Below are positions 38,036 to 46,697 of a DNA stretch of 64,000 nucleotides, piece by piece. Position 1 is the stretch's first letter, and every line of letters starts with the position of its first letter. The stretch is from NCBI GenBank assembly GCA_964608675.1, contig CAZSOZ010000005.1, positions 1 to 64,000 on the forward strand, in the 5' to 3' direction. The position numbers and the translations under genes are program-made. The DNA comes from an uncultured archaeon. GTDB lineage: Archaea > Iainarchaeota > Iainarchaeia > Iainarchaeales > 1-14-0-10-31-34. The notes under the pieces were generated by a model that was not told where the DNA came from, did no database searches, and worked only from the letters and a program-made list of their open reading frames with translations.

Positions 38036-38443
38036 ATGCCAAGACCAAGAAGATTCAGAAGGGTTTTTTCTGAACCCAATATAACTTACTTTAAGCCGGC
38101 TGGCATTAGAATGGTTGACTTAGAGGAAACAGTTATTTCTGTGGATGAATTTGAGGCTGTGAGACTGAAAGATTTTGAAGGATTAGAACAGTCAGATTGT
38201 GCTAAAAAAATGAATGTTTCTCAGCCTACCTTTCACAGATTAATTTTAAATGCAAGAAAAAAGCTGGCTGAAGCAATAGTTAAAGGAAAAGCAATTAAAA
38301 TTGAAGGCGGACATTTCAGGATTTCAGGCAACCCTAAAAAATGTGTTTGCAGTAAATGCGGTTATTCTTTGCCTAAAGAAAGAGGGGTTCCTTGCAATTC
38401 AGTTAATTGCCCTGAATGTAATGCTTTAATGGTAAGAGGATAA
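38036..38443 (+). CDS. DUF134 DNA-binding protein with C-terminal zinc ribbon
   Basis: MPRPRRFR, FKPAG, DEFEAVRL.D, MNVSQPTF.R. Confidence 0.88.
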   Translation: MPRPRRFRRVFSEPNITYFKPAGIRMVDLEETVISVDEFEAVRLKDFEGLEQSDCAKKMNVSQPTFHRLILNARKKLAEAIVKGKAIKIEGGHFRISGNPKKCVCSKCGYSLPKERGVPCNSVNCPECNALMVRG

Positions 38444-38444
38444 A

Positions 38445-38888
38445 ATGAATGAAAAAAACCAGCAAAATAAAAATGATTTGAAATGTGTTTTGTTGAGGAC
38501 CGGGAAAGGCTTGCTGAATAGAATTCCTTTTCTGTTTCCGACAATTTTATTGATTGCTTTGGTTAATTCTTTGATTCCAAAGAGCTTTTATTCAACTGTT
38601 TTTAAAGGAAACCTGTTTGTTGATTCTTTTATTGGAAGCATTGTTGGAAGCATTTCAGCAGGAGACCCTTCTTCAAGTTATGTGCTTGGAGGAGAGTTTT
38701 TGAATCAAGGAGTTAATTTGATTGTAGTTACTGCTTTTCTTGTTGCATGGGTTACAGTCGGAGTAATCCAGTTGCCTGCTGAAATTTCTTTTTTAGGAAA
38801 AAAATTTGCTTTAATCAGAAATCTTACTGCGTTTGTTTTTTCTATTTTGGTTGCACTTACAACAGTTTTTTTGTGGAGCGTGTTCTAA
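38445..38888 (+). CDS. predicted permease subunit (DUF318-like)
   Basis: GSISAG.P..SY.LG, WVTVG..QLPAE. Confidence 0.7.
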   Translation: MNEKNQQNKNDLKCVLLRTGKGLLNRIPFLFPTILLIALVNSLIPKSFYSTVFKGNLFVDSFIGSIVGSISAGDPSSSYVLGGEFLNQGVNLIVVTAFLVAWVTVGVIQLPAEISFLGKKFALIRNLTAFVFSILVALTTVFLWSVF

Positions 38889-38889
38889 A

Positions 38890-39405
38890 ATGAAATTAAA
38901 GAATTTTTTATTTCAATTTGGTTTTCTTGCTTTAATGGTTTTAATTTACATTTACTTGTTTTTTTTTGAAAAAAAACGGTTTTTTTCTTCAATTGATTTT
39001 TTCCTGAAAATTTTAGTTAATTTGATTCCTGTTTTTGCTTTGATTTTTGTTTTAATGTTTTTGATTAATTTTTTTGTTTCAAAAAAAACGGTTTCAAAGT
39101 ATGTTGTTTCTTCCGGAAAAAAAGGATGGTTGTTTGCGGTTGTTGCAGGAATTCTTTCAATGGGTCCGATTTATATGTGGTATCCTTTTTTGCAGGATTT
39201 AAAAGAAAAAGGATTTAATGAAGGCTTGATTTCAGTTTTTTTGTATAATCGTGCAATCAAAATCCCTTTTATTCCTTTAGCAGTATTTTATTTTGGCTTA
39301 AAGTTTGTTTTTATTTTGGCTTTTGTTATGATTGTTTTTTCGGTTATTCAAGGATTAACTGTAAATAAACTGATAAAAATAAAAACTTTTTCTGTAAATA
39401 ATTGA
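38890..39405 (+). CDS. predicted permease subunit (start likely ATG 38890)
   Basis: GILSMGPIYMWYP, FLYNRAIKIP. Confidence 0.7.
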   Translation: MKLKNFLFQFGFLALMVLIYIYLFFFEKKRFFSSIDFFLKILVNLIPVFALIFVLMFLINFFVSKKTVSKYVVSSGKKGWLFAVVAGILSMGPIYMWYPFLQDLKEKGFNEGLISVFLYNRAIKIPFIPLAVFYFGLKFVFILAFVMIVFSVIQGLTVNKLIKIKTFSVNN

Positions 39406-39410
39406 GGTGA

Positions 39411-40523
39411 ATGAAAGTGAAATTTAAGTTTTTTGTCTTGCTTTTTTGTTTTCTATTTTTGTTTTCTTTAGTTTCAGCTCAAGAAGACAAAAAAGTTGAA
39501 GTAAAATTTTTTTATAGTTCTTCTTGTCCTCATTGCGCTGAAGCAAACGAAAAATTAATTGAATTAGAATCAAAATATGCTTTTTTGGAAATTGACAGGC
39601 TTGTGATTTCAGAGAACACTGATTATTTAATGCAGCTTTATCAGGAATATGGTGTTCCTTCAGATAAATGGGGGCATGTTCCAATTCTTTTTGTTGGAGA
39701 AAAATATTATATTGGAGACATTCCAATAATTCAAAATATTGAATCAGATGTAATTGAATTGCATGAACAAATTCCAGTTGATTCTGAGCCTAATTTAAAC
39801 CCTGAACCTAAACTTAAACCTGAAACAAAAGTTTCTTTAATTCAGCTTTTAGGTTTGGCTTTGGTTGATGCAGTTAATCCGTGTGAGTTAGCTGTTTTAA
39901 TTATTTTGATGACTGCAATTCTTTCAAGGTTTCCAAATCGAAAAGATAAGGCATTAAAGGCTGGCTTGGCTTTTACTTCAGCAATTTTTTTAATGTATTT
40001 TTTGTTTGGTTTTTTGATTATTCTTGGATTCAAAACTTTAGTGGGTTTGGCTGACATTCAGTCTTTGTGGTTTTATAAATTGCTTGCAGGACTAGCAATA
40101 ATTCTTGGATTACTAAACATCAAGGATGCAGTTTGGTATGGCGGAGGCGGATTTATAATGGAAGTCCCTCAAAGATGGCGTCCAAAAATGAAAAGCATTA
40201 TTAAAGGAACAACTTCTACTGCAGGAGCTTTTGTTGCAGGAATTATTGTAAGTTTTTTTTTGACTCCTTGTACTGCAGGACCTTATTTTGTTTTTGGAGG
40301 AATTCTCTCCAACATGGCTTTTATTGAAACACTTCCTTATTTGTTTCTTTATATGCTTGTTTTTATTTCTCCGATGATTGCAATTACTTTGATTACATAT
40401 TTTGGTTTTATGGTAATAGGCGATGTTGCCGGCTGGAGGGAAAAAAACATTAAAACTTTACATTGGATTGCAGGGCTTTTACTTCTTGTTTTAGGTATTG
40501 CAATGCTGTTGGGCTGGATTTAA
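39411..40523 (+). CDS. thioredoxin-like domain fused to a CcdA/DsbD-like membrane domain
   Basis: CPHC; DAVNPC; TPCTAGPY. Confidence 0.8.
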   Translation: MKVKFKFFVLLFCFLFLFSLVSAQEDKKVEVKFFYSSSCPHCAEANEKLIELESKYAFLEIDRLVISENTDYLMQLYQEYGVPSDKWGHVPILFVGEKYYIGDIPIIQNIESDVIELHEQIPVDSEPNLNPEPKLKPETKVSLIQLLGLALVDAVNPCELAVLIILMTAILSRFPNRKDKALKAGLAFTSAIFLMYFLFGFLIILGFKTLVGLADIQSLWFYKLLAGLAIILGLLNIKDAVWYGGGGFIMEVPQRWRPKMKSIIKGTTSTAGAFVAGIIVSFFLTPCTAGPYFVFGGILSNMAFIETLPYLFLYMLVFISPMIAITLITYFGFMVIGDVAGWREKNIKTLHWIAGLLLLVLGIAMLLGWI

Positions 40524-40576
40524 TCATTAATTTAATAAAGATAATTAACTATTTTTTTTTGTGGAGGTTGAAATAA

Positions 40577-40861
40577 ATGTTATCAAAGATTCCGATTGAT
40601 TTAAATAAAGTGGAAGAAAACGATTTAGATAAAGAAATTTTGAGGGCTTCAATTATTGCTGAATTGGATGCAGTTAATTTGTATGAACAGATGGCTGCAT
40701 TAACTAAAAGCAGTAAATTGAAGAAAATTCTTTTGGATGTAGCCAGAGAAGAAAAAACACATGTAGGAGAATTTCAGGCACTGCTTTTGCAAATCGATGA
40801 AGAACAGGTAAAAGAATTAGAGGAAGGAAAAAAGGAAGTCGAAGAAGAATTATCTGAATAA
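40577..40861 (+). CDS. short ferritin/rubrerythrin-like protein
   Basis: AELDAVNLYEQ...EEKTHVGEF. Confidence 0.78.
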   Translation: MLSKIPIDLNKVEENDLDKEILRASIIAELDAVNLYEQMAALTKSSKLKKILLDVAREEKTHVGEFQALLLQIDEEQVKELEEGKKEVEEELSE

Positions 40862-40937
40862 TTTTCTTTTTTTTTCTTTTTTAATTTTTTTTATCATATA
40901 ATAACTTTTTTATTTTTGTTGCAGTTGTTTTTTATTC

Positions 40938-42086
40938 ATGCATACTTCTAAGATTATTTTGAATAAAACAAATTACAGGAAAAACATTGATTTCATTAAG
41001 AGACTGGTAGGAAAAAAAGTTTTGGTTTCTTCTGTTGTTAAAGCAAATGCTTACGGCCATGGAATAAAAGAATTTGTTCCTGTTGCAGAAGAAGCAGGAA
41101 TAAATCATTTTTCTGTTTTCAGCCAAAATGAAGCTTTTGAAGTAAAAAAATACTGCAAAAACAATCCTACAATAATGATTATGGGGGTTGTTTCGCTTAA
41201 ACATTTTGATTGGGTTGTAAAGAATGACATAGACTTTTATGTTTTTAATTATACTCGCCTTCTTTCAGCTTTAAAAATTGCCAAAAAATTAAATAAAAAA
41301 TTAAGGATTCATATTGAAGTTGAAACAGGATTAAATAGAACAGGGTTTGCTGAAACAGAACTGCAAGACCTTTTTAAAATCCTTAAAAAAAACAAAAAAT
41401 ATATTAAAATTAAAGGTTTGTGTACTCATTTTGCCGGAGCAGAAAATATTGCAAACTATTACAGAATAAAAAAACAAAGAAAAAGGTTTAAAGAGTATAT
41501 TTCTGTTTTTAAAAAAGAAGGAATTACTCCTGAATTAATTCATGCTGCTTCTTCTGCGGGCATGATTACTATGCCTGAAACAAGATTTAATTTGGTTAGA
41601 GTGGGAGTAATGCAGTATGGTTTTTGGCCCAGTGGAGAAACCAGAATGTTTTATTTTGCTAAGAAAAAAAGAAAGGAAAACCCTTTGCATCCAATTTTGT
41701 CATGGGAATCAGAAATAATGAGCATTAAAACAGTTAATGCAGGGGATTATATTGGTTATTCAAATAATTATCAGGCTTATGATGAAATGAAAATAGCTAC
41801 GGTTCCTGTTGGTTATTCTCAGGGTTACAGCAGAAGGTTAAGCAATAATTCTTGGGTAATAGTTAACGGAGAATTTGCAGAAGTTATAGGAATAGTTAAC
41901 ATGAATTTGTTTCAAATTGATGTAACTCATTTGCCTGAAATTAAAATTGGAGACAAAGTAATTTTGATTGGAGAAGACAGCAACAAAAAAATAAGTTTTG
42001 CTTCTTTTAGTGACAGAAAAAATTCTTTAAGTTATGATATTCTTACAAGAATTCCTGAAGATATTCCGAGAAAAGTAATACATTAA
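40938..42086 (+). CDS. alr: alanine racemase
   Basis: VVKANAYGHG PLP-lysine motif, VETGLNRTG, THFA, VRVG..YG, GYSQGY, IVNMN. Confidence 0.88.
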   Translation: MHTSKIILNKTNYRKNIDFIKRLVGKKVLVSSVVKANAYGHGIKEFVPVAEEAGINHFSVFSQNEAFEVKKYCKNNPTIMIMGVVSLKHFDWVVKNDIDFYVFNYTRLLSALKIAKKLNKKLRIHIEVETGLNRTGFAETELQDLFKILKKNKKYIKIKGLCTHFAGAENIANYYRIKKQRKRFKEYISVFKKEGITPELIHAASSAGMITMPETRFNLVRVGVMQYGFWPSGETRMFYFAKKKRKENPLHPILSWESEIMSIKTVNAGDYIGYSNNYQAYDEMKIATVPVGYSQGYSRRLSNNSWVIVNGEFAEVIGIVNMNLFQIDVTHLPEIKIGDKVILIGEDSNKKISFASFSDRKNSLSYDILTRIPEDIPRKVIH

Positions 42087-42091
42087 TTGCA

Positions 42092-42166
42092 TGCTCCGGC
42101 CGGGATTCGAACCCGGGTCAATGCCTTGAGAGGGCATTATGCTTAACCGGACTACACTACCGGAGC
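42092..42166 (-). tRNA. tRNA-Glu(CTC)
   Basis: GCTCCGG/CCGGAGC acceptor, ATGCC-CT-CTC-AA-GGCAT, GGTTCGAATCC. Confidence 0.93.
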
Positions 42167-42170
42167 AAAC

Positions 42171-42299
42171 GTTTCGCCGTTTGAGCACGATGCACGACAT
42201 AAAGTCGTGCTAGCACCGCTTTACGCTGTGCCTCGTTGCAACCAGCCGAAACTGGTTCAGGACATTTGTTTCACTCAGTCCAGCTGTCTCAAATGGTTG
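42171..42299. repeat. multi-hairpin element in the tRNA-Glu 5' leader, homologous to the tRNA-Thr intron
   Basis: Same four hairpins in the same order as 36794-36895, with compensatory changes. Confidence 0.8.
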
Positions 42300-42346
42300 A
42301 TTAAGATTCTTTGAAGACAAATAATTAAAAAGAATTTTAATGAAAA

Positions 42347-43261
42347 ATGAGATTACCGGCAATGAGCTGCCTAAAAGAACTTATTCAAGAAAAAACAGTT
42401 TTTTCTATGAATTCTTATTTTGATATTAGTTTGTTGAATGATAAATCTGATTCAAAACACACTTCATTACACGCTGAAATAGTCAATCTTACTCAAGAAG
42501 ATATTGATTTGAAAAAGGCATTAAATTTAGGTTATTCTCTTTCTTCAGTTGAAGATTGGATAAAACAAAGACACAGTGTTCCAATAAATGTTTTGAACAA
42601 TATTGATTCTATTTCTCCTCAAGTAAAATTTTTAAATTATAGAGGATCAAAAATAAAAGTAAAACTTCCTGAATTAGATAATAATCTGTTTTACTTTGCA
42701 GGAGTTGTGTTTGGAGATGGTCATGTTAGCGGTGTTATTAGACCAAAAGGCTATCGTAGTTATCGAGTTAAAATAGAGAAAAGCAAATCTGATTTTTCAC
42801 AGTATTTTATCTCACAACTAATTGAAGAACTGTTTGGTTTTAAACCAAGAATTTATTTCTGGAAAAGAAAAAGTGAATTAGTTAATATTATTGTAAACTC
42901 TAAAGTTGTTTCAAGGATTTTGACAAATGTTTTTGGTTTTTCGTATGGAAAGAAATCAGATAAAGTAATTGATTTTGTTAAACAGTTTCCAGAAGAATTG
43001 CAATTGTATTTCATTACTGGCTTGTTGGATACTGACGGAGGAATTTCAGCAAGCTCTTTTTCTTTTTGTAATTCATCAAAAAAGACAGTTTTGTTTGTAA
43101 AAGATTTTATGGAAAAACAAAATCTTGCCACTAAATTTTATGAACAATCTAAAGAGAACTTTAAATGGTATCAAGTTAGAATTCCATTAAAAGATAAAAA
43201 TAAGTTTCTCAAAACTTTTCCTTTGAAAAATAAAAGAAAGTATGCCGGTGGAGGGATATGA
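42347..43261 (+). CDS. free-standing double-motif LAGLIDADG endonuclease-like protein
   Basis: YFAGVVFGDGHV and FITGLLDTDGGI motifs. Confidence 0.82.
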   Translation: MRLPAMSCLKELIQEKTVFSMNSYFDISLLNDKSDSKHTSLHAEIVNLTQEDIDLKKALNLGYSLSSVEDWIKQRHSVPINVLNNIDSISPQVKFLNYRGSKIKVKLPELDNNLFYFAGVVFGDGHVSGVIRPKGYRSYRVKIEKSKSDFSQYFISQLIEELFGFKPRIYFWKRKSELVNIIVNSKVVSRILTNVFGFSYGKKSDKVIDFVKQFPEELQLYFITGLLDTDGGISASSFSFCNSSKKTVLFVKDFMEKQNLATKFYEQSKENFKWYQVRIPLKDKNKFLKTFPLKNKRKYAGGGI

Positions 43262-43359
43262 GCCCTCGACCTTCAGATTATGAGTTTCGCCTCCAAAACA
43301 ATTCATAAATTAAAAAATCGCTTGGAACTGACGCTCTAACCAGGCTGAGCTACACCGGC
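43243..43359 (-). tRNA. elongator tRNA-Met(CAT) with 42-nt non-canonical intron (43286-43327) at position 30/31
   Basis: GCCGGTG/CACCGGC acceptor; TCAG|A-CT-CAT-AA-TCTGA; strict BHB GAG-CGTC-AG|T-TCCAA / TTGGA-GGCG-AA|A-CTC. Confidence 0.88.
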
Positions 43360-43559
43360 GTACGAAAAGCTCTTTTGTTAAAGCAATAAGAATTAGCAAG
43401 TGAAAGCATTTTAAACAATTAGTTTTAAGGTTGAGCTACACCGGCAAAAAAGCAGTAATATTTTCTTTAAGGAAAGCATTTAAAGGATTAACAATTCATT
43501 TTTGCAGTATGGCTTTACACAGTATGTTTTGGCAACGTGCCTTTTTTTTTAAAAGGCAG

Positions 43560-44228
43560 TTATTCTTTGCCTATTCTGCTTTTCACTTCTATTTTTCCGT
43601 CGCATAAAATTATTCTGTCTGCGTAACCAACAAATAATCCTGTTTCTAGTACTCCGGGAATTTCTTTTGCTTGAAATTCAAATTCTTCTGGAGAAGGAAT
43701 TGAATCAGTTAAAACATCAATAATGTAGTTGCCTGACTCAGTTTTTGTAATGTTTTCTTTTTGTTTTCTTTCTTTTGCTGCTCCAAACGATTCCAACTGC
43801 ATTTTTGTTCTTTTCCACCAGAAAGGGCTTGTTTCAAAGGGAACTACTCCAAACATTTTTGAAACAAGATTCTTTTTTTCTGTTATTACAATTAAGGTTT
43901 CTGCGCTTTGTGCAATCATTTTGTCTCTTACAAAGCTTTTTGATTTTCTTTTAATATAATTATAGTTGTGGTCAACTAAATCAGCAAATTCTACTGCTAC
44001 ATCAACTTCTTTTTCATTTAATGAAATCATTTCTAAATTCAATTGCTTTAAAATTAAAGTCATTTCAGCTGAAGTAGGAACAATTTTTAATTCAAGGCCT
44101 TCAATTTCTTTTCTTAAAGCCATTTTTTTTAAAAACTTTATTCCTAGTTCACTTGAACCTATTCCAATTGTTTGCCCGTGCTTAATGTATTTTTCTATGA
44201 GTAATTCAATCTGGTCTTCTGGAATCAT
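43560..44228 (-). CDS. rpiA: ribose-5-phosphate isomerase A (divergent)
   Basis: IGIGS, IVPTS, TESGNYIID, IPGVLETGLF; catalytic motifs divergent. Confidence 0.72.
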   Translation of the reverse strand: MIPEDQIELLIEKYIKHGQTIGIGSSELGIKFLKKMALRKEIEGLELKIVPTSAEMTLILKQLNLEMISLNEKEVDVAVEFADLVDHNYNYIKRKSKSFVRDKMIAQSAETLIVITEKKNLVSKMFGVVPFETSPFWWKRTKMQLESFGAAKERKQKENITKTESGNYIIDVLTDSIPSPEEFEFQAKEIPGVLETGLFVGYADRIILCDGKIEVKSRIGKE

Positions 44229-44334
44229 TCAAATCAGTTATAATACGCTTTTCTGATTAAAAAAACTACTGCTTTTATAAAAAAGGTTTTTTCTGGAACC
44301 CTTAAAATGTTTTTGGTTTTTTTTATTTTATTGA

Positions 44335-44955
44335 ATGTATTCTGATAGTCCTTCTTGGGATTTGCATTGGAAGGAAATAAATAAATTTCTTTTTTTTTAT
44401 GAAAGAATTCAAGAAAACCAGTTTAAAATGTATAAGAAATTAATTGGAAACAAGATTTCTTCTAATTCAAAGATTCTTGAATTAGGCGGAGGAAGCGGAA
44501 TTTTAAGCAGTCGATTAGTCAATGAATATGATTGTGATTCAGTTATAATTGATAATTCATTTAAAGCAAAACAAATTTTTGAAAAAAAACAGCCAAACAA
44601 AAAAATTAATTACAAGTTAATGAATGCATTTGAATTAAATGAAAAAAACAAGTATGATTTAGTTTTTTCTGATGGATTAATAGAACATTTCACTGGAAAA
44701 AAACAAGAAAAATTAATTGAAATGCATAAGAGTGCAGTCAAAGATTCCGGCAGTATTATTTTGGTTGTGCCAAGAAAATCCAAAAGATATTTTATTTTAT
44801 CAAATTTAATGAAGTTTTTTGGTTTATGGAATTTTGGATTTGAAAAACCTTTTTCTTTAATTGAACTAAGAGGATTGTGTACAAAAAACGGTTTAATGGT
44901 TCATAAAGATTTTAAGGGAATTTGGGAAATTGCAGTTATTTGCTCCAAGCTTTAA
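44335..44955 (+). CDS. class I SAM-dependent methyltransferase
   Basis: ILELGGGSG, YDLVFSDGLIEHF. Confidence 0.82.
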   Translation: MYSDSPSWDLHWKEINKFLFFYERIQENQFKMYKKLIGNKISSNSKILELGGGSGILSSRLVNEYDCDSVIIDNSFKAKQIFEKKQPNKKINYKLMNAFELNEKNKYDLVFSDGLIEHFTGKKQEKLIEMHKSAVKDSGSIILVVPRKSKRYFILSNLMKFFGLWNFGFEKPFSLIELRGLCTKNGLMVHKDFKGIWEIAVICSKL

Positions 44956-45809
44956 ATTAAAAGCAAAACCAATCCAAGAACAGAAACAATTATTGCTAAA
45001 TATTTTGTTTTAGATAATTTTTCTTTTAAAAAAATTCTGGCTAAAACTGAAGTCAGAACAGGAGTTGGAGCAACAACTATTGCAGTTAAGGAAGCCCCAA
45101 TTAATGCAATAGAAAAATTATATGCAATTGAACCAATAACCAATAAAACTGCAGAGCCAAACAATAACAGATTGGCTTGTTTTTCCTTTAATTTGATTTC
45201 TTTTTTTGTTAACAAAGAATAAATTAATATCATGAAAAAAATAGCGGACTCCAAAAACATTGAAGCATTAAATGGATTTAATTCTAATACAATCGGCTTA
45301 ATTAAAGCAAAATATGTTCCCCACCCAAAAACTGTCAGCAAAGCAAAAATCGTTCCTTTTTCTATTAAAAATTTTTTTTCTTTTCTTTCCAATGAAAGCA
45401 AAATTAAAGCAGAAATTATCATTAAAACTGCAATCCATTGAAGAAAAGAAAGGCTTTCATTGAATAATATAACTGAAATTGCTATTGTAACTAAAAAATA
45501 GTTTTTTGCTATTGCGGTAGCCAAACTAACAGTGGTTTGCTCCATTGCCTTAAAGAAAAAAATTATTGCTGCGCTTCCGATAACACAAGTAAATAAAAAG
45601 TATGGAATCATTGTGTTTGGAAGAAATTTTATTTCAGTGAAAATCAGTGCAGCAAAAATCACCAGAAAAAAAACAAAAAAATACCTTATACTTAAAGCAT
45701 TGAATGCCTTCAGTTTTTTGAGCGCGCTTTTGTCAAAAATTCCTTCTGCTCCCCAAGAAAAAAAGGAAATTAATGCATACATTGCTTGAATCATTAAATT
45801 AATAGGCAT
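44952..45809 (-). CDS. EamA/DMT-family transporter
   Basis: ~10 TMs, two EamA repeats (LFNE.L, FLKEKL). Confidence 0.82.
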   Translation of the reverse strand: MPINLMIQAMYALISFFSWGAEGIFDKSALKKLKAFNALSIRYFFVFFLVIFAALIFTEIKFLPNTMIPYFLFTCVIGSAAIIFFFKAMEQTTVSLATAIAKNYFLVTIAISVILFNESLSFLQWIAVLMIISALILLSLERKEKKFLIEKGTIFALLTVFGWGTYFALIKPIVLELNPFNASMFLESAIFFMILIYSLLTKKEIKLKEKQANLLLFGSAVLLVIGSIAYNFSIALIGASLTAIVVAPTPVLTSVLARIFLKEKLSKTKYLAIIVSVLGLVLLLI

Positions 45810-45833
45810 TAACTGTATTTATTTTTTAGGGAA

Positions 45834-45905
45834 AGCCTCCGGCGGGAATTGAACCCGCGACCTTATCCTTACCAAGGATACGCTCTACCACTGAGCCACG
45901 GAGGC
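45834..45905 (-). tRNA. tRNA-Thr(GGT)
   Basis: GCCTCCG/CGGAGGC acceptor, TATCC-TT-GGT-AA-GGATA, GGTTCAATTCC. Confidence 0.94.
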
Positions 45906-45987
45906 CTAAAAGAAAGAACTGAGTGAAAAAAAGTTTATTAAGTAATTCGCTGTAAAATTAAGTTTGTTTCATTAATATTGCTTTATG

Positions 45988-46015
45988 ATATACGTATATA
46001 AATTTTTTGTACGTA
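45988..46015. promoter_or_regulatory. putative vapBC autoregulatory operator
   Basis: ATATACGTATAT and TACGTA palindromes flanking a TATA-like box. Confidence 0.4.
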
Positions 46016-46034
46016 TATTTGTATTGGTGGTTTT

Positions 46035-46277
46035 ATGGGGCGTGTTACTGTTTCATTAAAAAAAGAAGATGAAGATGAATTAAGAAAGATTGCTGAAATT
46101 AAGTATAAGAGCAGAAAAGGCGCCATGGCAAAAGTTTTAGGAGAGTCAATTAAACTGCTTTCAAGGCAATCTGCTAGGAAGAGAGCAATGAACAGGCAGT
46201 TTAAATGGATGGAAAAAGGATTTAATTTAGGAAAAATAAGTGTAAAAAAGAGAGAAGACATTTATGACCGAATATGA
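46035..46277 (+). CDS. VapB-like antitoxin (RHH)
   Basis: RVTVSL....E..LR; KGFNLG...REDIYDR tail; overlaps vapC. Confidence 0.72.
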   Translation: MGRVTVSLKKEDEDELRKIAEIKYKSRKGAMAKVLGESIKLLSRQSARKRAMNRQFKWMEKGFNLGKISVKKREDIYDRI

Positions 46278-46695
46278 AGAATTAAACCTTATTGACTCAA
46301 ATATTTTGGTTTACGCTTATGATAAAAGTGAACCAAAAAAACATTCTAAAGCAAAAGAGGTACTGAAAAACAGTTGGATAAAAAAAAATGCAGTTTTAAG
46401 TATGCAGAATTTAGCTGAATTTCATTCAGTGATAACAAAAAAAGCAAAAAAGCCTGTTTCTTTAGACAAATCTAAGCAAATAATCTTAGACTTAACTGGT
46501 GGCTTTGAAATATTAAAATATTCTGAAAGTACAATAGTTAATGCAATAAACAATCAGGCCATATACAAAATGCCTTTTTGGGATGCGCTAATTGTTTCCA
46601 CAATGGAAGAAAACAGTATTGATTCAATAATAACTGAAAATACAAAAGATTTCAAAAGAGTAAAATGGCTGAAGGTAATTAATCCATTTAAATGA
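46264..46695 (+). CDS. PIN-domain (VapC) toxin
   Basis: IDSNILVYA, LAEF, FWDALI, TEN.KDF. Confidence 0.88.
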   Translation: MTEYEELNLIDSNILVYAYDKSEPKKHSKAKEVLKNSWIKKNAVLSMQNLAEFHSVITKKAKKPVSLDKSKQIILDLTGGFEILKYSESTIVNAINNQAIYKMPFWDALIVSTMEENSIDSIITENTKDFKRVKWLKVINPFK

Positions 46696-46697
46696 AT

